Assembly: GCA_010909165.1 (NCBI GenBank) | Contig: MU008152.1 | Span: 186,001-250,000 of the forward strand | From: Anthoceros angustus | Lineage: Eukaryota > Plantae > Anthocerotophyta | DNA: 64,000 nt | Direction: 5' to 3' | Shown here: one piece after another, positions 12,508 to 24,121 of the stretch | Layout of the letters: each line of letters opens with the position of its first letter | Position numbering within the stretch: the stretch's first letter is position 1 | Translations under genes and position numbers: made by a program | Notes under the pieces: model-generated | Told to the model about the DNA's origin: nothing | Database searches by the model: none | What the model saw: the letters and a program-made list of their open reading frames with translations, nothing else

Positions 12508-14554
12508 TCATTTCGTATGTTCGATACAGTAGCTCAACACCTTGTTTCCACCGGATAGGCCAAGAATGGGGAAGGCAGCGTAACCTTCTCCGACAAAGCC
12601 ACAGCCATTTGCAATCGACCAGCCGCCGTACACACTGGCGTCAGGTTCATCCGAGCGCCAAAGAAGCTCTCCGGAGCTGGCATCGAGAGCGTAGACAGAA
12701 CCATTTCGAACAGCAGATGTTGTGAAGAGCACATTGTTGGTGTAACTCACTGGGCCGTAGGCGTAACTGCCTGCAGGATCTGCGACAGACCACAGGATGG
12801 TGCCGTTCTCAGCTTCCAGGGCTACCCAGCCTCCGCTTGTAACCACTGTAGTGGAGGGCACCAATGTCCATGGCAGCTGCAGGTAGTTGGCGACATTGGT
12901 GAACACTCTGGCCCCGTCTGTGGCAGAGCCCCAGATGGCTCCACCGGCTGGTCCACCCGGCCCCACTACCTGCCAATTCATCCGGGTGAGGCGCCTCTGA
13001 TATCTAATTCCTATCGCTGCTGCCAAAGGTCACGGATCCTCACAGGGGAGCTGGCTTACCGTAGCCCACACCAGGGAACCGTCGTCGCGATCAAGAGCCC
13101 AGACTGTGCCGCTTTTCTGGCCTGCCACAGCGATGTCGCGTTTGCCCTTGTTGATGGAGAGAAGCATGGGCGCCTCTCCGAAATCGTAGTCTGTGCCAGG
13201 GCCCACTGGGCAGTTGGGATTCCCGGGCACCAAGCAAGCGAAGGTCCATGCGTTGTATCCTCCCAGAACTGTGCTCCACACTATGGCGCCGGTGTCGATG
13301 TTCAGGGCCAGCATGGCGTTGGCTCTGTTGTCGGGGGTGACACAGGGATCTGGAACCTGGAACAGCCAGGAGCAAAGAAGCGAGACAATGCACATAGTCA
13401 TAGGTGGTGGATCCATGGGTGAATGGAGAAAAAGGAAAGGAAGGAAGTCAGGGCCTGGCTGGGACAGCAGCACTCACTTCCGGCTTGGGGAGCTGCTGCT
13501 GGGCCTGCTCGCATGCTTCCACTTCCGGAGGAGCAGAGTAGAGGTTGCCGGTGGCTACGTAGACATAGCGGCGGGCCTCATCGATTGCGGGGCTGCTGCC
13601 CCACAGCGCTGCTCCGGAGTAGAGTCCGAACGAGCCGTTGTTGTTTGGAAGCATCAAGGTCTGCCATATCACGTCCCCCCTGGTGATTCTCAACTTCAGC
13701 AGGCTTCCGATGAAATTGCAGCAGTTTGGAGGCACAGCTGCAGTTTCTTGGAGGGAAGATGTGCCCACGTAATAGTACCTGCAAATGGATATGTTCATCA
13801 GGGATGAGACTGAAGTGGACAGATTATTGCAGCACCTGAGCTGGGAATTGGACGAAGAAAGGTTCATACTTTCCGTAGCACACTCCGGACATGGTGATCC
13901 TTGACAGAGGAGCCGTTTCCACCTCCTTCTGCCACACAACTTGGGCTGACGATCTCTTGAATGCCACAATCACTGCGGGTCCGTAAATGCCTACTATCAG
14001 GTACTTGCCACAAATGACGGGTGTGGTCCTGGAAACGGCCCTTGGAATCCCTGCACCTCCCCAACAGCGGTCAACGATCAGCCTGCAGACCACCAATTGC
14101 GGTGAATTGAGATGGTGAAAGCAGAAGAGACGATGACCTAGTGCTGTCGTCAAATTCACAGACCAAACAAGGGACCCGGAGCCTTCTGCAACTGCATACA
14201 AGTTCCCATCCCAGCTGGGAAAGTAGACAACTCCGTCGGCTACCGAGGGCGTAACTGAGACGTCTCCCAGAGTGTTAAACACCCATTTCAGCTCCAGCCG
14301 TGGCACTGTGGACGGATGGATTTTCTTTTCCTTCAACTGATTCCGCCAGTTGCGGATCCCGTTCCCATGATTCACCCACTGCCACTTGCAAATACATGAA
14401 TCTCAGACAGCAGGCTTTGCAAGATTGACACTTCTTCCAGAAATTCTGCATTCACCGTAATTACCTCAGCATGCTGTGCCGACTCCGAACGTGGGAGGCC
14501 CACGGTCCAAAATAATAAACAGGAGATCGTCAACACCTGAATTCTATAACCCAT
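12508..14554 (-). CDS. Secreted PQQ-type beta-propeller protein (polyvinyl-alcohol-dehydrogenase-like)
   Basis: Hydrophobic N-terminus; WVNHGNGIRNWR; repeated docking motifs VYFPSWDGNLYAV..GSLVW, ALNIDTGAIVW, GTVWALDRDDGSLVW, GGWVALEAENGTILW, GSVYALDASSGELLW; DYDFGEAPML. Multi-exon; TGA at 12508-12510. Confidence 0.85.
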
Positions 14555-14830
14555 TTTGATGGCCCAAGGACATGAGCACCTGGTTGGTCTGACCTAGTGC
14601 AGCGAGTTTGTGACACTTCACTGATAAATTGACTCGCAGGGTTGCTTGGTGATCGCAACCTTGCACGCCTTGGAAGTTTGCTGCTGGTGCTTGTAATGTG
14701 CGCGAAACGGTTCTACCTTGTCAGATTTTTTGAGAAAGGCAGGTAGGGTGTCTCCTTTCTTTAACGGCTGCTCTCTGAGTCCTGGGGACCGGCTACTAGC
14801 TAGCTATTTCCATGACCTTACATTCCAGAT

Positions 14831-14907
14831 CACACATGGGCTACCTGGTGTTGCGCAAAATATCCACATCACACACATGGGCTACCTGGTGTTGCGCAAA
14901 ATATCCA
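14831..14907. repeat. 36 bp direct repeat, 2 copies, upstream of the PQQ-like gene
   Basis: CACACATGGGCTACCTGGTGTTGCGCAAAATATCCA at 14831 and 14872. Confidence 0.8.
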
Positions 14908-15699
14908 GTCACTTGAAGCTCCACCTGAAGCTTCTCAATCTCCTCGTGTGAGGGGTCAACTATCTGCAAATCTGGGGATACTTTGATTGTCGTTATCCAA
15001 AGAGATATGTTGTTGTGGTGCCTGTAGTTTTTAATGTGCTAGGCCCGATTCTTTTTGAGTGAGGCAGACTATAAGAGGGAGCCCAAATGTAATCGTCACA
15101 AGACGAAACATGTGCTGGCAAGCACATGTCCGTGGTTGTGTTCCTTCATGTGTGGAGGCCTGAGCCTCCCGTCCTGACAGTGTTGCTGAGTCCAGAGGTT
15201 GATGCTGAATTACTAACCTGCAGGTCCCTACAAGCCTGTCTGAAATGTTCTGAATGTATGTGTAAAAGCCTGACTATGCTCTAAATGCGCATTGCCCCAT
15301 GTGCATGTGAGCCCCACTGCCTGGGCAGGATGGATTCACGCCATCATGCAAACAACTATGGGCAGGTATCTAGAGGAGCGATACCGCAGAACTACAGGTT
15401 ACATGAAGCGTTTCCTCCCATTTGCTTTAGTTTGTGGCCTGTTCATTCAAATTCAATTGTGGCCATTCAGGCAACACTGGAATAAATGGACTAGTCCTTA
15501 CACAACGACGCTTCACTTCATGGCAGGAACACGAACACACTTGGAACTGGGCTTTCAATGCTTTTCCTTTACTCCTTCGAAATTGGAGTCCGAAAATGTG
15601 CAAAGAGTTGCTATGTCCTGGACAGTGAGTGAATGATGGGCTGTTTAACGGAGAAGGCTAGACAAAGCCCGTGATATGTTGTGCAGCTCCCACTCCAGT

Positions 15700-16260
15700 T
15701 GATCCTGGCGAGTGGGAGACCAGGGCAAGGGCAAGCGAGCCATCACCATCCTTGAGGAAAACAGGAACAGCGGCTTCAGTTTAAAAAGCCCTTCGGTCCA
15801 TCCGGCTGCACCAAGGCATTTCTCCTAGAGTTGGAAAACAACCTCAGCATCAAGAAGCTGGTGTTGGATGAGTGGGATGGGGTTGGATGATGAGATGTTC
15901 CACGACTTGATGGAGTCTCTGGAACCTAACAACGAGAACGTTGTAGAGGATATTTCTATCAAGGAAACATGCTGGGAAACCGAAGGCAAAGCGAATGTTC
16001 TTATCCAGAATGTTCTCATCCGAAAATCCGAAACAGACGAAGACGAAGTAGTGACAAGCGAGCCTCGACCCGCGGCGGACACCCTCATCTTCCGGTTTCT
16101 CCGGTGCGGGGCAACAGCATCTTCCGGTCTCTCCGGTGGGCGCCGTGTGATGTATGAACAACGCCGGGTGTCCCAACGGATGATGACGTAACACTCTCGT
16201 ACGAGCGACCATTAATGGCCATCGGGTATTGATTTGCAAGCTAAGTTTCCATTTACCTTC
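15700..16260 (+). pseudogene. Possible degraded gene with RI-type LRR-like fragments
   Basis: Pieces KAFLLELENNLSIKKLVLDE and GLDDEMFHDLMESLEPNNENVVEDISI in different frames; the end is homologous to 4625-4710. Family not established. Confidence 0.2.
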
Positions 16261-16821
16261 AACGTCCTCCATGCATGCCGAAATAAACAGTGGCCTCAGG
16301 ACTTAGGAACGTTTTTTTGACACTGATGGTGAGTGCGAATGGCCGACCTCTTCACCCCACATCAAACGCAAACTGACTGGGTAGATATCCAGAAGGGTCT
16401 CGTCTTTTCGCATGCTGCAAGCCCAGGAGGGATGTGGAAGGAGAGGGTTGCATGAGAAGACTGCTGCAAGACAAGGGATATAAAGAGGATCCTGGAATCC
16501 AGATAAGACACAAAATTCATCTCGTCTTTGCAGCAGAAGAATGGCATCCACAGATCTCATATCTCCGACACACTGGAGAAGCTGCTTGGCACAACCGAGG
16601 CAGGCTATGTACCGAATGACAGGTTTCTGGAAGGTGCCTGCGTTACCAGAGAAAGAGCTGGCTATTTGTTTTGCCCTTATCAACACACCCCCAGGAACAC
16701 CCCATCTAATCTTGGAAAGAATCTACTGAACCAAGCATTCACACAATCCGTAGACCCTTCGGTCTCTGTCCACACATTTTGTGTAACCACTTGAAGGACA
16801 CTTTGCACACACTATCGTGAC

Positions 16822-18010
16822 TCAAATTTTATCCAAGAAATAGCTCTTCCCAGATACACTAGTTGGTACTTGTAAAAACTTGCAGGCAGCTCTGGGTGCT
16901 CGACTGCAAACCACCCTACTTTTACCTATGATTCCGTCTGCTCCCGAAGCCTTCTGCTGGTGCTGCGCACACTTACAGCACTGGCCGTGCTGCAGGACAA
17001 AGGCAAACAACCTTCCCGCAGTCTTCGCACTTCCAAATGCCTCTTCACCGGGAACTGCACAACATGATGGACTCCAGCTAAAGCAGGACACAGTCAGCCA
17101 GATTCCCAGCCCTAAGTAATGACCACCGAAAAATTGTAGCATACCTGCGTCTGGGGTCATTGTTTTTGGTCTGCGGGTAGGCCGTCTCCATGCCAATACA
17201 CCAAAGGTGCCATGCCAAATCTTCTACCTGCACAACAGCCCTTCCCGTTTATAACATACCAGCGTGCGATAACCATGGAGGAAGCTGCCAGTCTGTTCCC
17301 AAATTCTACACTGACCACACAGAAATCTCCCAGATAATCCCTACAAAATCGCTGAGAAAATTAGCCACACCATCGCCATCTACTGATATATCTCAGGAAA
17401 GCAGGTCTGATCTACTGCAGCCTCACCTCATCCTCACCGCACACTTACAGCACTGGCCGTGCTGCAGGACAAAGGCAAACAACCTTCCCGCAGTCTTCGC
17501 ACTTCCAAATGCCTCTTCACCGGGAACTGCACAACATGATGGACTCCAGCTAAAGCAGGACACAGTCAGCCAAATTCCCAGCCCTAAGTAATGACCACCG
17601 AAAAATTGTAGCATACCTGCGTCTGGGGTCGTTGTTTTTGGTCTGCGGGTAGGCCGTCTCCATGCCAATACACCAAAGGTGCCATGCCAAAGCTTCTACC
17701 TGCACAACAGCCCTTCCCGTTTATAACATACCAGCGTGCGATAACCATGGAGGAAGCTGCCAGTCTGTTCCCAAATTCTACCCTGACCACACAGAAATCT
17801 CCCAAATAATCCCTACAAAATCGCTGAGAAAATTAGCCACACCATCGCCATCTACTGATATATCTCAGGAAAGCAGGTCTGATCTACTGCAGCCTCACCT
17901 CATCCTCACGCGCTCCCTCTCAGCAATGCGCGCTTGGGCTCTCTGATCCCAGTTTTAGTTTGCAGCTGAGGAGCTGTCCTCACCAGATACGTAGGCAGGC
18001 AAAAATGGCC
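16822..18010 (-). pseudogene. Inverted, internally deleted duplicate joining exonuclease-gene and RPL37a fragments
   Basis: The reverse complement matches exonuclease ~3120-3590 (exon, intron, exon), then RPL37a ~5560-5680, then ~5775-5970 (intron end, last exon, 3' flank). Introns are retained; many substitutions and frameshifts. Confidence 0.85.
16966..17909. repeat. 472 bp near-identical tandem duplication inside the chimeric pseudogene
   Basis: CGCACACTTACAGCACTGG starts at 16966 and 17438; CATCCTCAC ends at 17437 and 17909; only a few SNPs. Confidence 0.9.
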
Positions 18011-18432
18011 ACAAAACGCGAATCATAATATTCAGCCAATCCTCTCAAGGTGAATTACTTCCCGGTCCGTTCAACAGTTACAAACGGGGCTGCACTGTCC
18101 CCAGGATGCTTCTGGGGCGGGTGACAAAATCTGGACAGGAGGCAGGGAAGCTGCAAGTGCTCTTGGGTGGTGGGCGCCACAAGTAGAGCAGGGGGCGGGC
18201 ACACGCGGTGTAAAATCGTCCTCTGTATCGGGACGCCTTTGCGGCCCGCCTCTTCAAGCCTTACCCGGCGCTCCTCTTCAAAGCCTGACGAGAGCAACGC
18301 AGACCACCCACAGTCCTGCTGCTCCTCTACAAGCGCCCTCAATCTTAGACCGCTGCTGTCAGCACCCAACCCGGTCCCCGACTGGAGCCCTCTCGAATGG
18401 CTTCTTCGGCTCTGGTAGACGCTGTCGGAACC

Positions 18433-20633
18433 ATGGCTGCTCTGCGCGCCCCTTCCGTACCTGCCTCGCCCGCCGGAACTGCAACCGCTACCGGCCTCCC
18501 CGCGCTCCGCCACGCTGCTGTCTCTGGCGGTAAGATTTGGTGCCTTTGAGCTGTGTTGGGTCGTGCCCGCTTGCAGGAATGGGATTCACCCGGCTTGTTT
18601 GCCTGATGCAGGTGTGTTCCCCGGCCAGCTCGCGGCGCCGTCCGGCCCCCGGACCAGAGCCCCTGCCCAAGTCTCCCTTGCGCCTCGAGCGAGCTTTGGG
18701 AGCGGAGATGGGCAAGGGATTCGAGCCCGAGCTGCGGAGATTGTGGCCAGCGTTGCGACTGCCCCCGCCCCGGTGTCGCCCTCCACTGATGGTGAGGCTG
18801 GCAGTTCCAGATTTCGGGCTTTCGGTCGCTGGGTGCTGCGGATTCTTGCTTGTTCCTGTTTTTGATGAGGTGGGTTTGTGTCTGTTGGGCTTGCAGAGGA
18901 GGTGGTGGATTTTGCCAAGCTGAATGAGGAGTTGGGTGAGGCGTCGCCTCTGGAGATCATGAGGCGAGCCCTGTTCCTGTTTGGGAACGACATTGCTATT
19001 GCCTTCAGGTTGGTTGCTGTGCCGGGGTGTGTCAGGTGGAGTGTTGGGTTTTGGCTGCTTTCCAGGTTGGGATGAGCCTTGCTGATCTGGGCGGCTGTCT
19101 TTTGCAGTGGAGCGGAAGATGTTGCTCTCATTGAGTATGCGCACCTCACTGGCCTGCCGTACCGGGTCTTCAGCCTGGAGACGGGCAGGCTGAACCCGGA
19201 AACGTATCGGTTTTTTGCGGAGGTGGAGAAGCACTACAACATCCACATCGAGTACATGTTCCCTGATGCCTCCGAGGTTGAGGCTCTGGTTAGGGCTAAG
19301 GGACTCTTCTCTTTCTACGAAGATGGTCATCAGGAGTGCTGTGCTGTGCGGAAAGTCCGGCCTTTGAAGCGGGCCTTGAAGGGCTTGAAGGCTTGGATCA
19401 CGGGCCAGCGGAAAGACCAGTCTCCAGGCACTCGAGCAAATGTGCCAGTCGTCCAGGTGAGTGTTCACTGGACTGCATTGCCTCGGTTTTCTGGTTTTCT
19501 GGTTGCTGTAATGGGGTGGCTGAACGGGTCTGCTATGTGGGGCAGGTGGATCCAGCCTTCGAGGGCTTGCAAGGTGGACCTGGGAGCCTTATCAAGTGGA
19601 ATCCTTTGACAAACGTGAAGGGCACGGATGTGTGGAGGTTCCTGAGGACCATGGAAGTGCCAGTGAACGAGTTGCATTCACGGGTGGGTGAAGTTTTCAT
19701 TCATGGCTGTTGTCTGGTTGCAGCAAAAGAATGGCAATGCAGTGCTGACGTTTCATCGCAGGGATTTGTGTCCATTGGATGTGAGCCATGCACAAGGGCT
19801 GTTCTTCCAGGCCAGCACGAGCGAGAAGGGCGGTGGTGGTGGGAAGATTCCAAAGCTAAAGAGTGTGGGCTTCACAAGGCAAGGACCGATAGCACAGTTG
19901 TTTGAGTTTGCAAAAGAGGAGGAAGGGGTGGGGGTGGGTGTCAGAACTGGGCAAAGGTTCTGCTTTGCCACGTTTGTAAGCCGCTACATCAATAGAAGTA
20001 TTAACCTTCCCTCCTTCAACCTGCAGGGCAATATCGAGAACGTGCCGGAGACTTCCAGCCCAGACGGCAATGGTGCTGTAGAACTCCTTGACCTTTTCAT
20101 CAATCCCAACGTGATAAAGTTTGACCGTGCTGGGATCGAGGAGGTTGCAAAAACAGAGAACCGGACAAGGCCAGGACTTGTGGTACTGTATGCGCCCTGG
20201 TGTCCCTACTCTCAGGTGTGCTGACTCTCTCCCAATTTTAAGGTTTACTTCCATGCCCTGTCCGTGTGCCCATGATGATACTAACTTCACTGTCATCTTG
20301 CAGGCTATGGAAGCATCCTTCAACCAAGTCGCCGATCGATTACAAGGATCCCGAGTGTTCGTAAGTGACTAGGCTTGACTCCCAAATTACCCTCGCAGAT
20401 CGTATTTCCTAGACCCCCCGCCTTGCGTTCCTAATTGTTCCCCTCTCCCGCTTTCGCAGGTTGGTAAGTTCAGAGCCGACGGGGAGCAAAAAGAGTTTGC
20501 AAAGGGGGAATTGCAGCTGCGCACCTTCCCAACCATCATCTTTTTCCCTAAGGGCAGCCGAAGAGCCATCAAGTACCCGTCCGAGCAACGAGACGTAGAG
20601 TCCTTGCTTGCTTTCGTGGAAGCCCTCCAATAG
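18433..20633 (+). CDS. APR: Plastid adenosine 5'-phosphosulfate reductase with C-terminal thioredoxin-like domain
   Basis: Ala/Pro-rich transit peptide, then [24 protein letters not shown], FeS ligands QECCAVRKV and [61 protein letters not shown]. Stop TAG at 20631-20633. Confidence 0.95.
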
Positions 20634-20733
20634 AGACATTTTTTATCATATTAAGAATTATTTCGCAAGTCCCTTGCAAAATTGGCAATGTATGCCCTCA
20701 GCCTCTTGTGAGAAGGCTGGTGACCAGCTCCTC

Positions 20734-20853
20734 CAAGGCTATCTACATGGCCACGACTGTAATTCAGCATTGCAAGCCTGTCTACATGGCCACGACTGTA
20801 GTTCAGCATTTCAAGGCTGTCTACATGGCCACGACTGTAGTTCAGCATTGCAA
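20734..20853. repeat. 39 bp tandem repeat x3 downstream of APR
   Basis: CAAGGCT(A/G)TCTACATGGCCACGACTGTA(A/G)TTCAGCATT(G/T) repeated three times. Confidence 0.85.
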
Positions 20854-20934
20854 TAGACAAGCGCATACAATGCAGTATCATGAGTCCTACCCTACTTCAG
20901 GTTTTCGAAGACGGGGTTTCCGGTCTCAAACCAT

Positions 20935-21365
20935 GTCAGAAAATTAGGGTTTGCAGTCAAGGATCCCTTCTCTTCCTTAGTGGACTGTACAAGGGCAAGA
21001 GGTTACTACTCTTTGTCCATAGCAACATTAATTCTGGAGGATGGGTTTTCCGGTCCTCAAGCCGTGTAGGAAACTTAGGGTCGCGGTCAGCGGCTGGCAG
21101 TTTCCGCAGTGCCGACGCGGGTCCCTTTTCCTTCCTTAGTGAACTGTGCAAGGGCAAGAGGTTAGACCAGCATTACGACTCTGTGTACATAGCAATATTA
21201 ATTTTGGAGGATGGGTTTTTCGGTCCTCGAACCGTGTCAGAAAATTAGGGTCGTGGTCAGGGTTGGCGATTTCCACAATGTCGACGCAGGTCCGTTTTCC
21301 TTCCTTAGTGGATTGTGCAAGGGCAAGAGGTTAGACCAGAATTATGACTCCCTGTAGCAATATTA
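20935..21365. repeat. ~160-170 bp degenerate tandem repeat, about 2.5 copies
   Basis: TCCTTAGTG.A.TGT.CAAGGGCAAGAGGTTA at ~20975, ~21132 and ~21302. Confidence 0.7.
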
Positions 21366-21949
21366 ATGTTCGACTTTAATTACTTGGACAGAGGAAACAA
21401 AACAACCCAAAATGACCGTCCTTCCCTTGCGGCGTCATGTCCAAAATGGAGAAATGGAGGAATGCGGCTTCCTTGATGCCACCCACACATGGATGCAAGG
21501 CCATGAATGGCACCGTGACTGCATGCCCACTCCCCGCTAGGCCAAAATCTCGCCACAAGGGTCTCCTAAAACTATAATTCGTCTGCCTCAATCCGCTTCA
21601 GATCTAGCTCATCCTCGCATCCCGGGTGCCTTCTCGCTTCCTCGAACCTCGAAGGGCCATCCTTCGAGTTGTTGGTCCCTGCAATTGACAACATGGAAAA
21701 ATATATGAGTGTCAAGCATAACTATGCAACGAGCCAGAGTGGAAATGTTGCTACTCATCCATTTTCCCGACAAGTGCTGCACTCATCAAGGCAAGAATAT
21801 CTTACCACTTGGCCCCATTCATCTTCCGATCGTGTTCCCTACATGTTACATACAGACATAGCTGAACATGACATAGGAGTTGAACATGACATAGGGAGTT
21901 GAACACATTTTACATTGAGCACACATCCAAAGAGAGCTGAAGAAAACAA

Positions 21950-22800
21950 GCTTCACACATGTATAAACTTGAGTTAAGTTAGGAACCAAAAGACAAGAGC
22001 TAAACGTGATATTTTACATTGAACATACATCCACTTTTGACATCATATTTCAAAATCAACTTCATACCTAAACTTGAGCCATAGACCAAAACTCCTTACG
22101 GTGTTGCCGCAAGTGGCTCGCTTCTTCGAATACTCAAGTAAAATATAATTGAAGCTCTCAATCTCCTCCGACTTTGTAGTGACTAGTGCACCTTCTCCAT
22201 CCTTCCCTGCCTTTCGAGGTTAGAATAATCCCACGTTCTTCTAGTACCAATGCACACCGTGCAAATGGTGTCTCCTAATGCTCATCCATCACAATCTTTG
22301 TGGGTTTGTTGCATTGTGGGCAATCATCAAGCTTGTCATCCACCACTCGCAACATTCGGACCAATTATATGCCATCATGAAATCGTATCTTGAGAACTTG
22401 AGACAATATCACCACCTTCACTCTCCTTAGAGCAAGCAACCATCGAACCGAAGGTTCAATATACTCAACCAAAAGACATGCAAGGTACACACAATCGCCA
22501 AATCGAAGACAAAAAGATGGATTGTGTTTCATGTAGCTCTACCACATATATACGCTGAATGTGTTCCAAAACTCGACCATTGATCCTAAACTCAATCTTA
22601 TGATCCTCTATTTAAAACATAGATTATTTTCATAATCTTTTAATCCTTTCAAGAAATCAAACTATCTTTCTTTTAAGTTTAATTAAATAAATAATATTTC
22701 TCATTTTTCTTAAACTCTCTAGTTTTCATCCCTCACGTAGTCATCCACAAGCTATTTCATAGTTGTGTCTCCACTTTGGATTACTCCATCCTTCATGTAC
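21950..22800 (-). mobile_element. Possible CACTA/EnSpm transposase relic (copied again at ~61700-62450)
   Basis: Fragment VVDDKLDDCPQCNKP at ~22300-22345 resembles the Cys-rich N-terminal part of TnpD; otherwise full of stops. Confidence 0.3.
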
Positions 22801-23199
22801 ACATAGCATAGATACGCGGTACGTAAAAAACGTAAAATGTTCATAGAATCTTACGACGTTCTTTTTGGGGATATCTATTTTGTGAAATGATATAACGACC
22901 CATAAAATACGTAAATAAACTAGTCAAATTTAATAATCAATAATTGTACTTGGCATAACGAGGAAACCCTACTCCTACTCAAAATTCCAACCGACAATGA
23001 CACCAAGGTCGAAGACATCATTCTGTAAGCCGTAGCCAAATCGTCGGTAGTAGTCTGCTTAACAGGTTGATCCATGAATCTACTTGAATTTGCTCTAAAT
23101 CACTTGGCCTCAAGCTCCTGCACTACCTTGTCGTCAAGGCCAAATGTCTATTGCAGCACATCCAACCTCGACGGGAAGTTGAAGAGAGCAGCAACTGCC

Positions 23200-24121
23200 T
23201 GTTGTACTCCGGGATTCTGACTGTCCACAGCTGCAATGGCCCAGGGTGGACCATAGCCCAAAGTTTCGGCCCATGACCCTGCCCGCATATTGCTTGATAT
23301 TTAGTCCCGCCCAAGGCCTTGGTCTTGAAAGCTGCACTCATTCCGCAAGTTCGCAATATCTTGTAGAAGAGACCCTTGAAGGACATGATGATGAGGAGGC
23401 GGAGCAACAACTTGGTTCTTTCACATACTCCTACTTACGATCGCACACTTCACTGTACTTCGGCGCCTGTCCACGGGTTGTGAAACCTCTGCCGCCCCCT
23501 CAAGCGGCCCATTACGGCTCCTTGACGGTTTCCCAATTCCCCGACCACCTGCATGCGGGCCAATCCATCAAGACGCCCGCCTGATCGTGTCATGCCATAG
23601 TCCTTACACATCGGGTAATTGCCAATTACAACCGAAGAGCATATAGATAAGCATGGTTGTTTAGGTAGTGAGCCTACTGTGATGAATAAGCGAATGCAGC
23701 TTATTCACAATTAGGGTTAGAAGAAGTGACAGGTCAGAAATCGCTGCACTCAGTCATGGACATGGGAGCGGGAACAAGATGAGTAGTCATGATGTGGATC
23801 TACATGCGCGGGAGCTTGGACCTGAAGATAAAAGCGCAGAGAGCAAGGCGAAGTGGTTGTTAGAGTCTTCTTTGTGCAAGCAGCTGGTTATGGTAGCCAC
23901 AATGAATCACTTCAACTTTTGAGACAATCTGAGTTTGCTGCTATGCTTGAGTGAACACTTGAAAGTGATCACTGGCATTGCTTGCTGTGATGATGAACTG
24001 CCAACCCCAAACGAGACTCAGCTGAGAATCGCATGTAGACTCGTGTTGTGATCCGATCCTTTGTTTTGTTTCGACCTACTTTTACTCTAACAACCACCTA
24101 TCGAGAGGGAGGCTAATTACG
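23200..24121 (+). repeat. Putative 5' LTR of the DNMT-carrying Gypsy
   Basis: Starts TGTTGTAC, ends ...GGGAGGCTAATTAC(G), followed by a PBS-like TGGTTGTTTCCGG and a leader before gag. No second LTR to confirm; the terminus is not a clean CA. Confidence 0.35.

Noticed and set aside
13193-13807. 204 aa plus-strand ORF
   Set aside because: Antisense to the PQQ-like gene and crosses its introns; no independent support.
18055-19468. Long minus-strand ORFs (152, 187 and 326 aa) over APR
   Set aside because: Antisense shadows of a GC-rich coding region; no domain motifs.
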